The notes: generated from the letters alone by a model not told the origin. A stretch of DNA of 64,000 nucleotides from Chthonomonadales bacterium (GCA_037443035.1 JBBIPC010000001.1:340606-404605); one strand, 5' to 3'; counted from the stretch's first letter, positions 18,964-29,701 are shown. Numbers and translations are program-made.

Positions 18964-20322
18964 CTAGAGCACGCCTTCCATGACGAACGATGCGGCAAAC
19001 AGGACCGACAAGATCCACACTGCCGGCGGTACTTCGCGACCACGTCCGCTGAGCCAATGCAGGACCGCATAAGCGATGAATGCTGTTCCGATGCCGCGAG
19101 AGATACTCATCGTCAACGGTATAACGATCATGGCGAAGAAGGCAGGCAGTGCCCGAGCTGCATCGCCGAAGTCCACTTCCCGGACCACGGACATCATCAA
19201 GAAGCCCACGACGATGAGAGCTGCTGCTGTTGCTTCCGGAGGAACCGCGGCCGCCAGCGGCGCAACGAACACGCAGGCCAGGAACAAGACGCCCACGACG
19301 ACGCTCGTCAGGCCCGTGCGTCCACCCTCTGCCACACCCGATGCACTCTCCACGTATGTCGTCACGGACGAGGCAGAGCAGAATCCCCCCCATATGGCCC
19401 CGAAGGAGTCCACTAGCAGAACGCGATTGAGACGGGGCAGCGTCCCATCCGGTTGGAGGTGACCCGACTTCCCGGTTACGGCGATCACTGTTCCCATCGT
19501 GTCGAAGAAATCCGTGATCAGGAAAGCGAAGATCGTCGCAATGAGGGCAGGTTGGAGAGCTCCCCTTACGTCCAGCTTCGCCACTGTCGAAAAGTCGGGC
19601 ATGGACACAACGGCATCGGGCGGCTTGGAGACACCTGTTACGTACGCGAGGCCAGTTGTCAGAATGATCCCCAGAAGAAGGGCGCCCCGTACACCGCGCA
19701 CCATCATCGCGGCGGTCACAATCACGCCGAACGTCGCCAGCAGCGCTCCCTCGGTGCGGAAGTTCCCGACGGGCGGCACGAGCAAGGGTACGCCACCTGG
19801 CCCCGGAGTGGAACTGATCCAGTGCGCTCCGTGAAGGCCCACGATCGCGATCAGGAGCCCAATGCCAACGGCAATGGCGCGTTTCAGGTCCACGGGGATG
19901 CAGTTCATGACCCATTCGCGCGTCTTTGTCAGGACGAGCACGGCCACAATGCAGCCCTCGATGAAGACCACTCCCATCATGGCTTGCCAGGTGATGCCGT
20001 GAGCGGCACTGATCGCCGCTGCAAGGGCCGCATTGAGACCCAAGCCGCTTGCCAGAGCCAGAGGATAGTTCGCCCAGAACCCCATGAGCAGGGTGGGCAC
20101 GGCTGCGGCGATGCACGTCGCAGCGACGGTCGCAGTCTGGGACGGCCCCTCACCAGAAGCGGGATGGGCTAGGATGGAGGGGTTGACGACGATGATATAC
20201 GCCATCGTCATGAAGGTGGTAATGCCCGCAATGACTTCCGTCTGTACGTTCGATCCGTTTTCCCGGAGTTGGAAAAGACGGTCCAGTGGACCACCGCCTG
20301 TTGGCGATTGGCTCTTGCGCAT
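18964..20322 (-). CDS. NCS2/AzgA-family purine permease
   Basis: TEVIAGITTFMTMAYIIVVNPSIL, DFFDTMGT, TTYVESASGVAEGGRTGL. Confidence 0.95.
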   Translation of the reverse strand: MRKSQSPTGGGPLDRLFQLRENGSNVQTEVIAGITTFMTMAYIIVVNPSILAHPASGEGPSQTATVAATCIAAAVPTLLMGFWANYPLALASGLGLNAALAAAISAAHGITWQAMMGVVFIEGCIVAVLVLTKTREWVMNCIPVDLKRAIAVGIGLLIAIVGLHGAHWISSTPGPGGVPLLVPPVGNFRTEGALLATFGVIVTAAMMVRGVRGALLLGIILTTGLAYVTGVSKPPDAVVSMPDFSTVAKLDVRGALQPALIATIFAFLITDFFDTMGTVIAVTGKSGHLQPDGTLPRLNRVLLVDSFGAIWGGFCSASSVTTYVESASGVAEGGRTGLTSVVVGVLFLACVFVAPLAAAVPPEATAAALIVVGFLMMSVVREVDFGDAARALPAFFAMIVIPLTMSISRGIGTAFIAYAVLHWLSGRGREVPPAVWILSVLFAASFVMEGVL

Positions 20323-20340
20323 GACCCGCCGCCCTCCTCG

Positions 20341-20865
20341 TCAGTCGTAGCGCACCAGAGTGAGCACCTCCCTGCCCTTCAGCATCTGCCGGCCGTGCAG
20401 GAATGCCAATTCGATAACGAACGCCAGGCCACAGACCTGACCATTCACACGCTCCACCAGTCTCACCGCAGCCGCTGCTGTCCCACCAGTAGCCAGCAAG
20501 TCGTCTACGATGAGCACCCTTGACCCGGACGAAAGAGCATCTGTGTGCATCTCGATGGCGCCGCTTCCATACTCCAACTCGTACTCTTCCCGGACCGTAG
20601 TGTAGGGCAGCTTCCCGGGCTTCCGAATGGGAACGAACGGTACGGACAGACGCAGAGCTATAGGAGCCCCGAAAATGAAGCCCCGGGATTCGATCCCGGC
20701 CACGGCCTGCGCGTCCACCTTCTCCGCGAATGCCGTCAGCGCGTCCACGACCTCTTCCAGCGCGCCAGCGTCGGCAAGGAGTGGCGTGATGTCTTTGAAC
20801 ACGATGCCGGGCTTGGGGAAATCCGGTATGTCACGGATGAGATTGTGCGCCCTAAGCTCTGCCAC
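20341..20865 (-). CDS. apt: Adenine phosphoribosyltransferase
   Basis: IRDIPDFPKPGIVFKDITPLL, ESRGF, RKPGKLP, VDDLLATGGT. GTG start after AAGGAG. Confidence 0.96.
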   Translation of the reverse strand: MAELRAHNLIRDIPDFPKPGIVFKDITPLLADAGALEEVVDALTAFAEKVDAQAVAGIESRGFIFGAPIALRLSVPFVPIRKPGKLPYTTVREEYELEYGSGAIEMHTDALSSGSRVLIVDDLLATGGTAAAAVRLVERVNGQVCGLAFVIELAFLHGRQMLKGREVLTLVRYD

Positions 20866-21922
20866 GGTGCTGACGACTCCTTTCTCGATGCAACTGCGCG
20901 AGTGCGGCCGGCTTCGCGGCGACAACCCCACATTCTGTGATCAATCCCGTGATCAACTCTGCCGGCGTTACATCGAACGCAGGGTTCCAGGCGTGCACCC
21001 CTTCCGGGGCGAGGCGAATGCGGTCTATGTGGGTTACCTCTGCCTCCGACCGCTCCTCGATGGGAATGTCATCGCCGCTGGGAAGGTTCATGTCGATGGT
21101 GCTCGTCGGCGCAGCCACGTAGAATGGCACATTGTGCTTCCTCGCAACGATCGCGAGCGCATAGGTACCGATCTTGTTGGCTGCGTCTCCGTTCGAAGCA
21201 ACCCGATCCGCACCTACGATGACCACGTCTATCTTCCGCTGCCGCATGAGCCAGGCTGCTGCTCCGTCCACGATAACCGTCACAGGAATGCCGTCCAGCG
21301 AGAGTTCCCATGCGGTCAGTTGCATGCCCTGAAGCCGCGGCCGTGTCTCGTCGGCGTATACGTGACGAACAACGCCCGCTTCGTAACCCGCCCGCACAAC
21401 TCCAAGCGCCGTACCGTACCCCACGGTAGCCAACGCACCAGCGTTACAGTGCGTCAAGACGGCGCAGCCCGGCGAGAGGACGCTGAGACCGTGGCGGCCG
21501 ATGGCGTGGTTCACTCGCACGTCTTCCTCGAGCATCGCAACCGCCTCCGCTTCGGCTGCATTCGCGGCTTCCGGCCCTGTCCGATCTCCTATGGCGCCCA
21601 AGACGCGATCGACAGCCCAGAAGAGATTGACCGCAGTTGGGCGAGCAGCCTTCAAGAGATCGGCAGCCTTCCTCACGGCCGCAGCACTCTCGGCAGGCGG
21701 AAGAGCGCAGGCAGCCTTAGCGGCAAGCGCCAATCCAAGCGCTGCTGCACAACCGATAGCCGGCGCCCCACGAATTGCCATGTCCCTGATCGCTCTCGAG
21801 ACGTCATCGCACGTATGCAGTTCCAGCACGACCAGGCGATGGGGCAATTCTCTTTGGTCTACGATGCGGACCGCACCTGCTTCGTAAGCTACCGTTGGAG
21901 GAAGTGATGCACGCTCCATCAC
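20852..21922 (-). CDS. mtnA: Methylthioribose-1-phosphate isomerase
   Basis: IRGAPAIG, RPTAVNL, THCNAGALAT, ETRPRLQG, NKIGTY, NPAFDVTP. Confidence 0.95.
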   Translation of the reverse strand: MMERASLPPTVAYEAGAVRIVDQRELPHRLVVLELHTCDDVSRAIRDMAIRGAPAIGCAAALGLALAAKAACALPPAESAAAVRKAADLLKAARPTAVNLFWAVDRVLGAIGDRTGPEAANAAEAEAVAMLEEDVRVNHAIGRHGLSVLSPGCAVLTHCNAGALATVGYGTALGVVRAGYEAGVVRHVYADETRPRLQGMQLTAWELSLDGIPVTVIVDGAAAWLMRQRKIDVVIVGADRVASNGDAANKIGTYALAIVARKHNVPFYVAAPTSTIDMNLPSGDDIPIEERSEAEVTHIDRIRLAPEGVHAWNPAFDVTPAELITGLITECGVVAAKPAALAQLHRERSRQHRGRA

Positions 21923-22728
21923 GCGCTGATCCCGGCCATCTGGAGGGCGTGGTGTGCTGGGCTGTCCAGATCCGGCGGTATCGCCTGAGCCAGATCGAGG
22001 ACGACTTCCCGGATCCGTGCGCTGTTCCGCGCGAACACCTGCCTTACGGCTTCCGCTGTCACCGGAGGCACCTTGCCCTCTGCCGCCAAGCCGCAGTCGT
22101 AGTCCGTGACGAGCGCGATGTTCACGACGGCGATCTCCTGCTCGAGAGCGAGATGCGCTTCAGGATACTGCGTCATGCCTACAACATCCCAGCCCATGCT
22201 GGTGAACCAGTGGCTCTCAGCGCGTGTCGAGAAGCGGGGGCCATTGATCACGACGATGGTTCCCCGTTCATGGACCGTAACGCCGTGCCGTCGGATGACT
22301 TCTGCGGCGAGCTTCCGCAGCAGAGGGCAGTACGGCTCGGCGCCTCCTACATGGAACACCTGCGGACCGTCGTAGAAGGTGTCCGCACGACCATGCGTCC
22401 TGTCCACATACTGGTCGCACAATACAAAGTGTTCTGGTTGGATGTGAGGCTGCAGACTGCCGACTGCACAGGGGCTGATGAGAAATCGAACCCCCAGGGA
22501 CTTGAGCGCCCAGATATTGGCACGGTAGTTGATGCGATGCGGTGGTATGGTGTGGTGTCTGCCATGGCGTGGCAAGAAGGCAACGCGGCGCCCCCCGACC
22601 TCTGCGAGAACCACTTCGTCGCTAGGCTCTCCATAGGGCGTCTCGATCGTCGTGCGGACGGCGTTCTCGAGTAGGCTATAGAAACCGCTGCCGCCTATGA
22701 CGCCAACATCAGCCTTCGGTTCGCTCAT
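21919..22728 (-). CDS. mtaP: S-methyl-5'-thioadenosine phosphorylase
   Basis: GVIGGSG, FLPRHG, PPHRINYRANIWAL, GPRFSTRAES, VGMT, VTDYD. Confidence 0.93.
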   Translation of the reverse strand: MSEPKADVGVIGGSGFYSLLENAVRTTIETPYGEPSDEVVLAEVGGRRVAFLPRHGRHHTIPPHRINYRANIWALKSLGVRFLISPCAVGSLQPHIQPEHFVLCDQYVDRTHGRADTFYDGPQVFHVGGAEPYCPLLRKLAAEVIRRHGVTVHERGTIVVINGPRFSTRAESHWFTSMGWDVVGMTQYPEAHLALEQEIAVVNIALVTDYDCGLAAEGKVPPVTAEAVRQVFARNSARIREVVLDLAQAIPPDLDSPAHHALQMAGISA

Positions 22729-23422
22729 CCTCAAGTCCCTCCTCCTGCATGGACTCTAGGGCACGCGCCGCAGCTAGCTGCTGCGCCCGTTTCTTGCTCG
22801 CCCCGTGCCCGCGACCAAAGATCTTGCCACGAACGGACACGCTGGCAGTGAACACGGGCTGATGGTCCGTGCCTTCCGCTCGCTCCACCCGGTATTCGGG
22901 GAGCACGTGCCACTTGGCCTGGGTGAGCTGCTGGAGCCTAGTCTTCGGATCATCGAGGACCGTTCGGTCATCCAAAGTCTTGTAGGCGTCCGCCAAGGAA
23001 GCGTTGACAACGCGTCGTGCAGTACGATAACCACTGTCGAGGAAGATGGCACCAATGACCGCCTCGTACACTGCAGCCAAGACCGAACGCTCTGCCCTGG
23101 TACCGAGCTGGTCCATGGCGCGTCTCACAGGGTCCATATCGTACAGACCCATGGCCCGCGCCGCCTCCGCCAGCACCTCGCGGCTCACCAGTGTCGCCCG
23201 ACGCCGGGCCAACTCACCCTCCGAAACCCCGGAGAACTTGCGGTACAGGTACTCGCTTACCGCAATTCCCACCACAGCATCTCCCAGGAACTCCAGCCGT
23301 TCGTAACTCATCAGAGGACGATCAGGAACCAGCGAAGGATGCGTGAGGGCAGCCTCTAGCAGCTCCGGTCGCCGGAGCGTCAAGCGGAGCTTCTCCAGTA
23401 GAGATGCGACAGAGGTCGTCAC
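22709..23422 (-). CDS. rnc: Ribonuclease III
   Basis: ALTHPS, ERLEFLGDAV, EAVIGAIFLD, dsRBD (DPKTRLQ..GASKKRAQQLAA). GTG start overlapping the upstream stop. Confidence 0.95.
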   Translation of the reverse strand: MTTSVASLLEKLRLTLRRPELLEAALTHPSLVPDRPLMSYERLEFLGDAVVGIAVSEYLYRKFSGVSEGELARRRATLVSREVLAEAARAMGLYDMDPVRRAMDQLGTRAERSVLAAVYEAVIGAIFLDSGYRTARRVVNASLADAYKTLDDRTVLDDPKTRLQQLTQAKWHVLPEYRVERAEGTDHQPVFTASVSVRGKIFGRGHGASKKRAQQLAAARALESMQEEGLEDERTEG

Positions 23423-24051
23423 GGTATCATCGCCAACGAGACCAGGAGCATGCCGGCGTACCCAAGAATGAGCGCAATCGTCAACGAGATGCCGACGATG
23501 GCCCACACCCGCTGCACTCGCTGGAAGTGCTCCACGCTATCGAAACGTCTGTTCTTCCAAGCCCACTCGTTGCCTTTGAGGCCGAGCACGACGCTAACAG
23601 GCAGTGAGAGCAATCCGCAGAAAGCACCGAGGAGCGACAACAAGCCCCAGAGCGGGAGGTTCATGGCGAAAGCCCATACGCACCCGAGCGTGCACCCACC
23701 CCAGTTCCAGCCACCTCGTATCTCGGCCGGAACGTCGTCGTCATGGGTATGGGGAGCCACAGCCTGAGCACGGCCGCCAGGTCCCACGAACCTGACCGGC
23801 TGCGGAGCTGCTGGATCCACGCGATACCCCCGCGGCGCACGACAGATCCGACATGCGGTGTCATACCGTGCGAGCTGGGACCCACACACCAAGCATTGCG
23901 ATAGCCCACTGCCTTGCCTAGGTCGCGAAACGAGTTCTCGCGTCGCATCTCGTGCCTCGTCTCGAGTATCCGCCGGCACGAGCCTCTGTCCGCATTGGCC
24001 GCAATATACGTCGTCTTCACCTGCTTCTGCGCCGCACGCGGGACACTGCAA
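23419..24051 (-). CDS. Zinc-ribbon membrane protein
   Basis: CPAC..CGQC and CLVC..CRIC ribbons, WNWGG motif, TM helices, GNEWAW..FQRVQRVW. Confidence 0.75.
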   Translation of the reverse strand: MQCPACGAEAGEDDVYCGQCGQRLVPADTRDEARDATRELVSRPRQGSGLSQCLVCGSQLARYDTACRICRAPRGYRVDPAAPQPVRFVGPGGRAQAVAPHTHDDDVPAEIRGGWNWGGCTLGCVWAFAMNLPLWGLLSLLGAFCGLLSLPVSVVLGLKGNEWAWKNRRFDSVEHFQRVQRVWAIVGISLTIALILGYAGMLLVSLAMIP

Positions 24052-24060
24052 GGCAGCTAC

Positions 24061-25323
24061 CTAGAATGGACGTCGTAGCAGTATCGTTGCATTGTGGCCG
24101 CCAAAACCGAAGGAGTTCGACAGGGCATAGCGCACCTCTCTCTTGACCGCTTGGTTCGGCGTGTAGTTCAGGTCACACTCAGGATCCGGTCTCTCCAAAT
24201 TGATGGTCGGAGGGATCGTGGACGTCTCCATCGCTAGAATCGTGATAATCGCCTCTACCGCGCCTGCAGCACCGAGCAAGTGCCCGGTCATGGACTTGGT
24301 GGAACTGATCGCCACCCGGTACGCATGTTCGCCGAACACAGTCTTGATTGCCATGGTCTCGAGAGGGTCGTTGGGGATTGTTGAAGTACCGTGGGCGTTG
24401 ATGTAATCCACATCGGCAGGCGTGACCCCAGCGGTGCAGAGCGCCATGGCCATCGCGCGAGCGGCCCCCTCACCGAGTGGGGCTGGAGCCGTGATGTGGT
24501 ACGCGTCTCCTGTCATGCCATAGCCTACGACCTCGGCACGAATGCGCGCACCGCGAGCTTGTGCATGCTCCAGCGATTCCAAGATCAAGACCCCTGCTCC
24601 CTCGCCCATCACGAAGCCGTCACGGTCTGCATCGAAGGGTCGGCTGGCGCACTCAGGGTCGTCGTTCCTAGTCGAAAGGGCTCTTGCGGCGCAGAATCCG
24701 CCGAGTCCCAGACGGCACATGGGAGCCTCGGCGCCCCCGCAGATCATCGCCTCCGCGTCGCCGCGGCGGATGATGTGATACGCGTCACCGATGGCATGCG
24801 TGCCCGTCGCACATGCGGTTACCACTGTGCTGTTGGGTCCTTTGGCGCCAAAGATAATGGAAACCTGCCCGGATGCCATGTCCGAGATGAGCATCGGGAT
24901 GAAGAACGGACTGATCCTGCTCGGTCCCTTCTCATACAGCACTTCGTACTGCTTCTCCAATGTCTGTATGCCGCCGATACCTGACCCGATCAGGACACCG
25001 ATCTTGTCAGCATTGTCCGGGCCGATTTTCAACTGCGCATCTTCCAGCGCACAGCGGGTGGCTGCCACCGCGAACTGAGCGAACCGGTCCATGCGACGGG
25101 CGTCCTTTCGGCCCATGTACTGCTCAGGGTCGAAGTCTCTGATCTCGGCAGCGATCCGCGTCGTGAAGGCACTCGCATCGAAACTCTGAATGTGACCAAC
25201 CCCTGAACGGCCGCTGACGATGTTCTGCCAGAAGCTTGCCACATCCAGGCCAAGAGAGGTCATCACCCCCATGCCCGTAACGACGACTCGTCTTCTTGGA
25301 CTACCGAGATCAGAGACCCGCAT
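24061..25323 (-). CDS. fabF: 3-oxoacyl-ACP synthase II
   Basis: [35 protein letters not shown]. Confidence 0.97.
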   Translation of the reverse strand: MRVSDLGSPRRRVVVTGMGVMTSLGLDVASFWQNIVSGRSGVGHIQSFDASAFTTRIAAEIRDFDPEQYMGRKDARRMDRFAQFAVAATRCALEDAQLKIGPDNADKIGVLIGSGIGGIQTLEKQYEVLYEKGPSRISPFFIPMLISDMASGQVSIIFGAKGPNSTVVTACATGTHAIGDAYHIIRRGDAEAMICGGAEAPMCRLGLGGFCAARALSTRNDDPECASRPFDADRDGFVMGEGAGVLILESLEHAQARGARIRAEVVGYGMTGDAYHITAPAPLGEGAARAMAMALCTAGVTPADVDYINAHGTSTIPNDPLETMAIKTVFGEHAYRVAISSTKSMTGHLLGAAGAVEAIITILAMETSTIPPTINLERPDPECDLNYTPNQAVKREVRYALSNSFGFGGHNATILLRRPF

Positions 25324-25341
25324 GACCCACTCCTACGGGAA

Positions 25342-25578
25342 CTAGCCCTTCGTCTTTTCCTCGATGTACTGCACTGCGTCCCCGACCGTCCGGATCTTCT
25401 CGGACTCTTCGTCCGGGATATCGATCTCGAACTCGGTCTCGAGGTCCATCACGAGTTCCACCACATCGAGAGAATCGGCGCCAAGGTCCTCGACGAATGA
25501 TGCCTCGAGCGTGATTTCGTCCTCGCTCTTGTCCAGCCGCTTGGCAATAACCTTCTTGACGCGGTCAAACGTCGTCAT
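25342..25578 (-). CDS. acpP: Acyl carrier protein
   Basis: [14 protein letters not shown]. Confidence 0.97.
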   Translation of the reverse strand: MTTFDRVKKVIAKRLDKSEDEITLEASFVEDLGADSLDVVELVMDLETEFEIDIPDEESEKIRTVGDAVQYIEEKTKG

Positions 25579-25648
25579 CTTTTTCCTCCCCTGGTATTAG
25601 GTACTGTGAAAAGCTGCGGAGCCCAAGCCCCAATCGTTTTCGCGGCGT

Positions 25649-26401
25649 CTACATGAATAGCCCGCCATCCACCTGTATGACCTGACCCGTTACGTAAGCC
25701 GCGTCCTCCGTGCAGAGGAAACAGACAACGCGAGCCACGTCATCAGGGCTGCCCAGCCGTTCGAGCGGTACCATTTTCTTCATCTCCGCCCGCAGTTCCT
25801 CCGGCAAAGCATCGGTCATCACTGTCTCGATGAAGCCTGGCGCTACAGCGTTGGCAGTGATATTGCGCGAGCCAAGTTCCTTCGCAGTAGTCTTGGTGAG
25901 CGCTATCAGTCCTCCTTTGCTTGCCGAGTAGTTCGCCTGGCCCTTGTTCCCAACAATGCCCATGACGGAAGCGATATTGACGATACGTCCACTGCGCTGT
26001 CGCAGCATCAGGCGTGCTGCCGCCCGAGTACAGAGGAACGCCCCTTTCAAGTTCACGTCGAGCACGGCATCCCACGCTTCTTCGCTCATGCGCAACAGGA
26101 GATCGTCCCTCGTGATACCGGCGTTGTTGACGAGGATGTCCAATCCTCCCCAGGCATCCACCAACTTGCCGAACATCGCTTCTACCGAGGCTGCATCCGC
26201 CACGTTAGCAGATATGGCAAGCGTCGGGCGCCCGGTCGTTTCGGCGACCTCCTTCGCGACACCCTCAGCATTCTCTGGCACGATGTCACTGACCGCCACG
26301 CGTGCTCCCTCGTTAGCGAGCGCCAGGGCGATGGACCGTCCGATTCCTCGTCCAGCCCGACCTGCGCCAGTTACCAGTGCCCGTTTGCCCTCCAACCTCA
26401 T
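25649..26401 (-). CDS. fabG: 3-oxoacyl-ACP reductase
   Basis: Start MRLEGKRALVTG; NNAGITRD, YSASK, TGQVIQVDGG. Confidence 0.96.
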   Translation of the reverse strand: MRLEGKRALVTGAGRAGRGIGRSIALALANEGARVAVSDIVPENAEGVAKEVAETTGRPTLAISANVADAASVEAMFGKLVDAWGGLDILVNNAGITRDDLLLRMSEEAWDAVLDVNLKGAFLCTRAAARLMLRQRSGRIVNIASVMGIVGNKGQANYSASKGGLIALTKTTAKELGSRNITANAVAPGFIETVMTDALPEELRAEMKKMVPLERLGSPDDVARVVCFLCTEDAAYVTGQVIQVDGGLFM

Positions 26402-27366
26402 TCTTCGTTCTCCTCTAAGGGGCGCGAACCAAGCTGCTCGATGGCCCGGATCGCTGCCTCCACGTCCTGCATTGTAATGCAAACGGCTGACGGCTCTGTC
26501 CGTTTCATGAGACCAGTCAGCACTTCTCCCACACCGACCTCCACGAACGGACCCAGCCCGTCCGAGACGAGCCTCAGCATGCTCTCACGCCAACGTACAC
26601 GTCCGGCGACCTGATCCTGCAGGTTCGTCCTGATGTCCGATGCTGAACGGCAGTAATCGGCAGTGACATTGCTTACGACGGGAATAGCTGCATTTCGGAT
26701 ATCTGCACTCTGTAAGTGTGCACCCAGCGCTGCCGCGGCTTGCTGCATCAGTGGTGAGTGGAAGCCACCAGATACAGCCAACTGAACCGCACGTTTGGCG
26801 CCCTTCTGCCGTGCGATGGCGAGGGCGGCTTCCACAGCAGCCAATTCGCCGCTGATGACTACCTGTCCTGGGCAGTTGTCGTTCGCCACGACCACGACTC
26901 CTGCGCTCGCTGCTTCCGCGCAGCACTCCTCCACTGTCTGGACCGACAGTCCCAAGATAGCAGCCATGCCACCGGGTGTGGCGCTTGCGGCCTCGTGCAT
27001 GAGCGAACCCCTTGCACGGACCAGTTCGAGGCCCGTCTCGAAGGTCCACGCACCAGCAGCGTACAGCGCGGCGTACTCACCGACACTGTGACCCGCTACG
27101 GCCGATGGCTTGGGCAGAGAGGTGGCCTCCTGCAACGCAGCCAGATATGCACAGGACGTGACATACAGTGCAGGCTGGGTTATGTCTGTTCGGGAAAGAT
27201 GCTCCATGGGGCCGTGTTCGCACAGCGACGCAAGATCGTACCCTAAGATGTCCGACGCCCGGTCGTACAGTTCGGTCGCGGCCTTAGAGAGTTGCCGCAC
27301 GGAAGCGCCCATACCTACGCGCTGTGACCCCTGCCCTGGAAACAGGAACACGAGGCGGAACGTCAT
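26398..27366 (-). CDS. fabD: Malonyl-CoA:ACP transacylase
   Basis: FPGQGSQ, TQPAL, GHSVGE, GFHS. Confidence 0.96.
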   Translation of the reverse strand: MTFRLVFLFPGQGSQRVGMGASVRQLSKAATELYDRASDILGYDLASLCEHGPMEHLSRTDITQPALYVTSCAYLAALQEATSLPKPSAVAGHSVGEYAALYAAGAWTFETGLELVRARGSLMHEAASATPGGMAAILGLSVQTVEECCAEAASAGVVVVANDNCPGQVVISGELAAVEAALAIARQKGAKRAVQLAVSGGFHSPLMQQAAAALGAHLQSADIRNAAIPVVSNVTADYCRSASDIRTNLQDQVAGRVRWRESMLRLVSDGLGPFVEVGVGEVLTGLMKRTEPSAVCITMQDVEAAIRAIEQLGSRPLEENEE

Positions 27367-28385
27367 GGCGCTGCTCCGCAGCCCGGCTCGTCCCGACACC
27401 AACGGACAACATTGGCCGCCCAAGTCAGGCCAGCCCCAAATCCAACGAACACAAGGACGTCGTTGCGCGCAATGCGCCCGCCTCCCACCGCCTCGGCAAG
27501 AGCGATGGGTACCGAGGCCGCCGATGTGTTTCCATAGCGCTCTACGTTGTTGAACACCCGGCCTTCATCCAGACCCATGCGCTCTGCAGCGGCACGTATA
27601 ATGCGGATATTAGCCTGATGAGGAATGAACAGACTGACCTCGTCGGTCGTCAAGCCTGAGTTCTCCAGCGCCCGCAAGCACGCTTCCCCCATGATCTTGA
27701 CGGCGAATCGGAAAACCTCGCCACCTCGCATCACCATCTTGTCGAGTCGGCCTGCCAGCCGGTCCTCGGTCACGGGCATACGCGTGCCGCCCGCCGGCAC
27801 GTATAGGCTCCGGACGTGGGCGCCATCGCACCCGAGCGCGGAACCCAGCACGCCTTCGCTCTGCTCGCATGGACCCAGGATCACGGCACCCGCGCCGTCG
27901 CCGAAGAGAATGCACGTTCGCCTGTCCGACCAGTCCACATACTTCGTTAGGGTATCTGCGCCCACGAGGAGGATGTAGCGCATGGCCCCGGATTCGATCA
28001 GCGAAGCCGCCACGGACAGGCCGTAGCAGAAGCCCGCGCATGCGGCGGACAGGTCAAACGCCGCTGCGCGACTGGCTCCGAGAGCGTCCTGAACAACACA
28101 GGCCGTAGCGGGCCACGGATAGTCGCCTGAACACGTTGCGCACAGCACAAGGTCCAGATCTTCCGGTCGAACGCCTGCATCGTTCAGCGCCTCTTGGGAT
28201 GCCGGGATGGCGAAGTCCGAAGTGCTCTCATTCTCGCCTGCAACACGCCGTTCGCGAATGCCAGTCCGCTCGACGATCCACTCATCGGAAGTATCCACTA
28301 TCCGCTCCAGATCGGCATTCGTCAGTATCCGCTCGGGCAGTGCCATGCCGACCCCGAGGATCCCTGCGCGGCGTCTCGTGACCAC
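27363..28385 (-). CDS. fabH: 3-oxoacyl-ACP synthase III
   Basis: DTSDEWIVERTGI, AACAGF, PHQANIRI, GNTSAAS, GFGAGLTW. Start approximate (GTG). Confidence 0.95.
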   Translation of the reverse strand: MVTRRRAGILGVGMALPERILTNADLERIVDTSDEWIVERTGIRERRVAGENESTSDFAIPASQEALNDAGVRPEDLDLVLCATCSGDYPWPATACVVQDALGASRAAAFDLSAACAGFCYGLSVAASLIESGAMRYILLVGADTLTKYVDWSDRRTCILFGDGAGAVILGPCEQSEGVLGSALGCDGAHVRSLYVPAGGTRMPVTEDRLAGRLDKMVMRGGEVFRFAVKIMGEACLRALENSGLTTDEVSLFIPHQANIRIIRAAAERMGLDEGRVFNNVERYGNTSAASVPIALAEAVGGGRIARNDVLVFVGFGAGLTWAANVVRWCRDEPGCGAAP

Positions 28386-28396
28386 GGCCAGCCAAC

Positions 28397-29452
28397 CTAG
28401 TTGCCCGCATGTGACGAGGGCGACGCCGCGCACTTGCGGCTGTGTAGATCGGCAATAGCATGCTCCAGGGCACCTACTAGCTGCGTGCCGGCGGCTTTGG
28501 CTGCCGCGCCGATCGCGTTGCTCACAGCGACGGCATCGGAGCGTCCGTGCCCCACAATACAGACCCCGTTCACGCCGAGCAGTGGCGCCCCGCCGAACTC
28601 TCGGTAGTCGAGGCGGCGCCGGAGCCGCCGCATGGCAGGATGCAGAGGAAGAAGCGCCAATTTCATCCACGGGTGCCGGGTCAGCTCCTCGCTCATGACC
28701 GTCAACACCAGTGCAGCCACGCCTTCGGCGCACTTCAGCATGACGTTACCGGAGAAGCCGTCGCATACTACCACGTCAACACGCCCCTCAAATGCTGCGC
28801 CTGCCTCGATGTTGCCCACGAACTCCGGTACACACTGTTTGAGCAGCTTGTGCGCCTGACGCGTAGACTCGCGTCCCTTCGTCTCCTCTTCACCGATGGA
28901 GAGCAGGGCCACGGTTGGATTCTCGCGACCCAAGACACGCCTGCAGTACACGAGTCCCATCACTGCGAACTCGAGGAGCTGGTTCGGCTCGCATTCAGCG
29001 TTGGCACCCATGTCCAACATGACCGTGGGAAGCTGCTTCGTAGGCACTACAGCCGCGATCGCGGGACGGTCGATGCCTTTCACCCGTCCCAAGTGGCGCA
29101 TGGCCGCGGCCATTGCCGCACCTGTGTTTCCGATCGAGACGCAGGCATCTGCCCTGCCCTCCCGGACAAGTCTAGCCGCGACCGCCACGGACGCTTCACA
29201 ATCCGGCTTGTAGGCCTCCGCGGGTCTGTCCTGGGGGCGGATGACGTGTGGCGTGTGCCGCACGCTCACTCTTCCTTGTTCGCATCTAAGTGCCTGAACC
29301 TGTCTGCCGATCTGGGCTTGATCACCAACGACAATGAGATGCGCCACTTCGGGAAGATTCTGCGCCGCGAGGGCTACGCCCTTGACCACCTCCTGAGGTC
29401 CCTGGTCGCCGCCCATGGCATCAACGGCGATACGCAATCCCTGGCTCGTCAT
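28397..29452 (-). CDS. plsX: Phosphate acyltransferase PlsX
   Basis: IAVDAMGGD, GNTGA, IDRPA, LDMGAN, DGFSGN, GAPLLG, HGRS. Confidence 0.96.
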   Translation of the reverse strand: MTSQGLRIAVDAMGGDQGPQEVVKGVALAAQNLPEVAHLIVVGDQAQIGRQVQALRCEQGRVSVRHTPHVIRPQDRPAEAYKPDCEASVAVAARLVREGRADACVSIGNTGAAMAAAMRHLGRVKGIDRPAIAAVVPTKQLPTVMLDMGANAECEPNQLLEFAVMGLVYCRRVLGRENPTVALLSIGEEETKGRESTRQAHKLLKQCVPEFVGNIEAGAAFEGRVDVVVCDGFSGNVMLKCAEGVAALVLTVMSEELTRHPWMKLALLPLHPAMRRLRRRLDYREFGGAPLLGVNGVCIVGHGRSDAVAVSNAIGAAAKAAGTQLVGALEHAIADLHSRKCAASPSSHAGN

Positions 29453-29470
29453 CTACGGCTGCGGCCGCCG

Positions 29471-29665
29471 TCAGGCCGCTCCGGGCTTCTTCTTGACATC
29501 CAAGACCTTCCGGCCGGCGTAGTACCCGCACGATGGACATGCATGGTAAGCCTGACGCGGCGCATGGCAGCGCGGACACTCCGAGATTACTGGCACACGC
29601 AGCTTGTAGTGTGTCCGCCGCAGCCTCGTTCTCATGTTCGAATGACGACGCTTGGGTAACGGCAT
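29471..29665 (-). CDS. rpmF: 50S ribosomal protein L32 (Zn-binding form)
   Basis: MPLPKRRHS..CPRC..HACPSCGYY. Confidence 0.96.
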   Translation of the reverse strand: MPLPKRRHSNMRTRLRRTHYKLRVPVISECPRCHAPRQAYHACPSCGYYAGRKVLDVKKKPGAA

Positions 29666-29701
29666 TTCGTCTCCTTTTCTCTCGAATCTTTCGTGAACCC
29701 G

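Noticed and set aside
18932..20116. 621-aa ORF 18251..20116 in the ORF track
   Set aside because: Its N-terminal ~390 aa is an alternative frame over the NCS2 permease; the real gene starts at 18931 with an SD.
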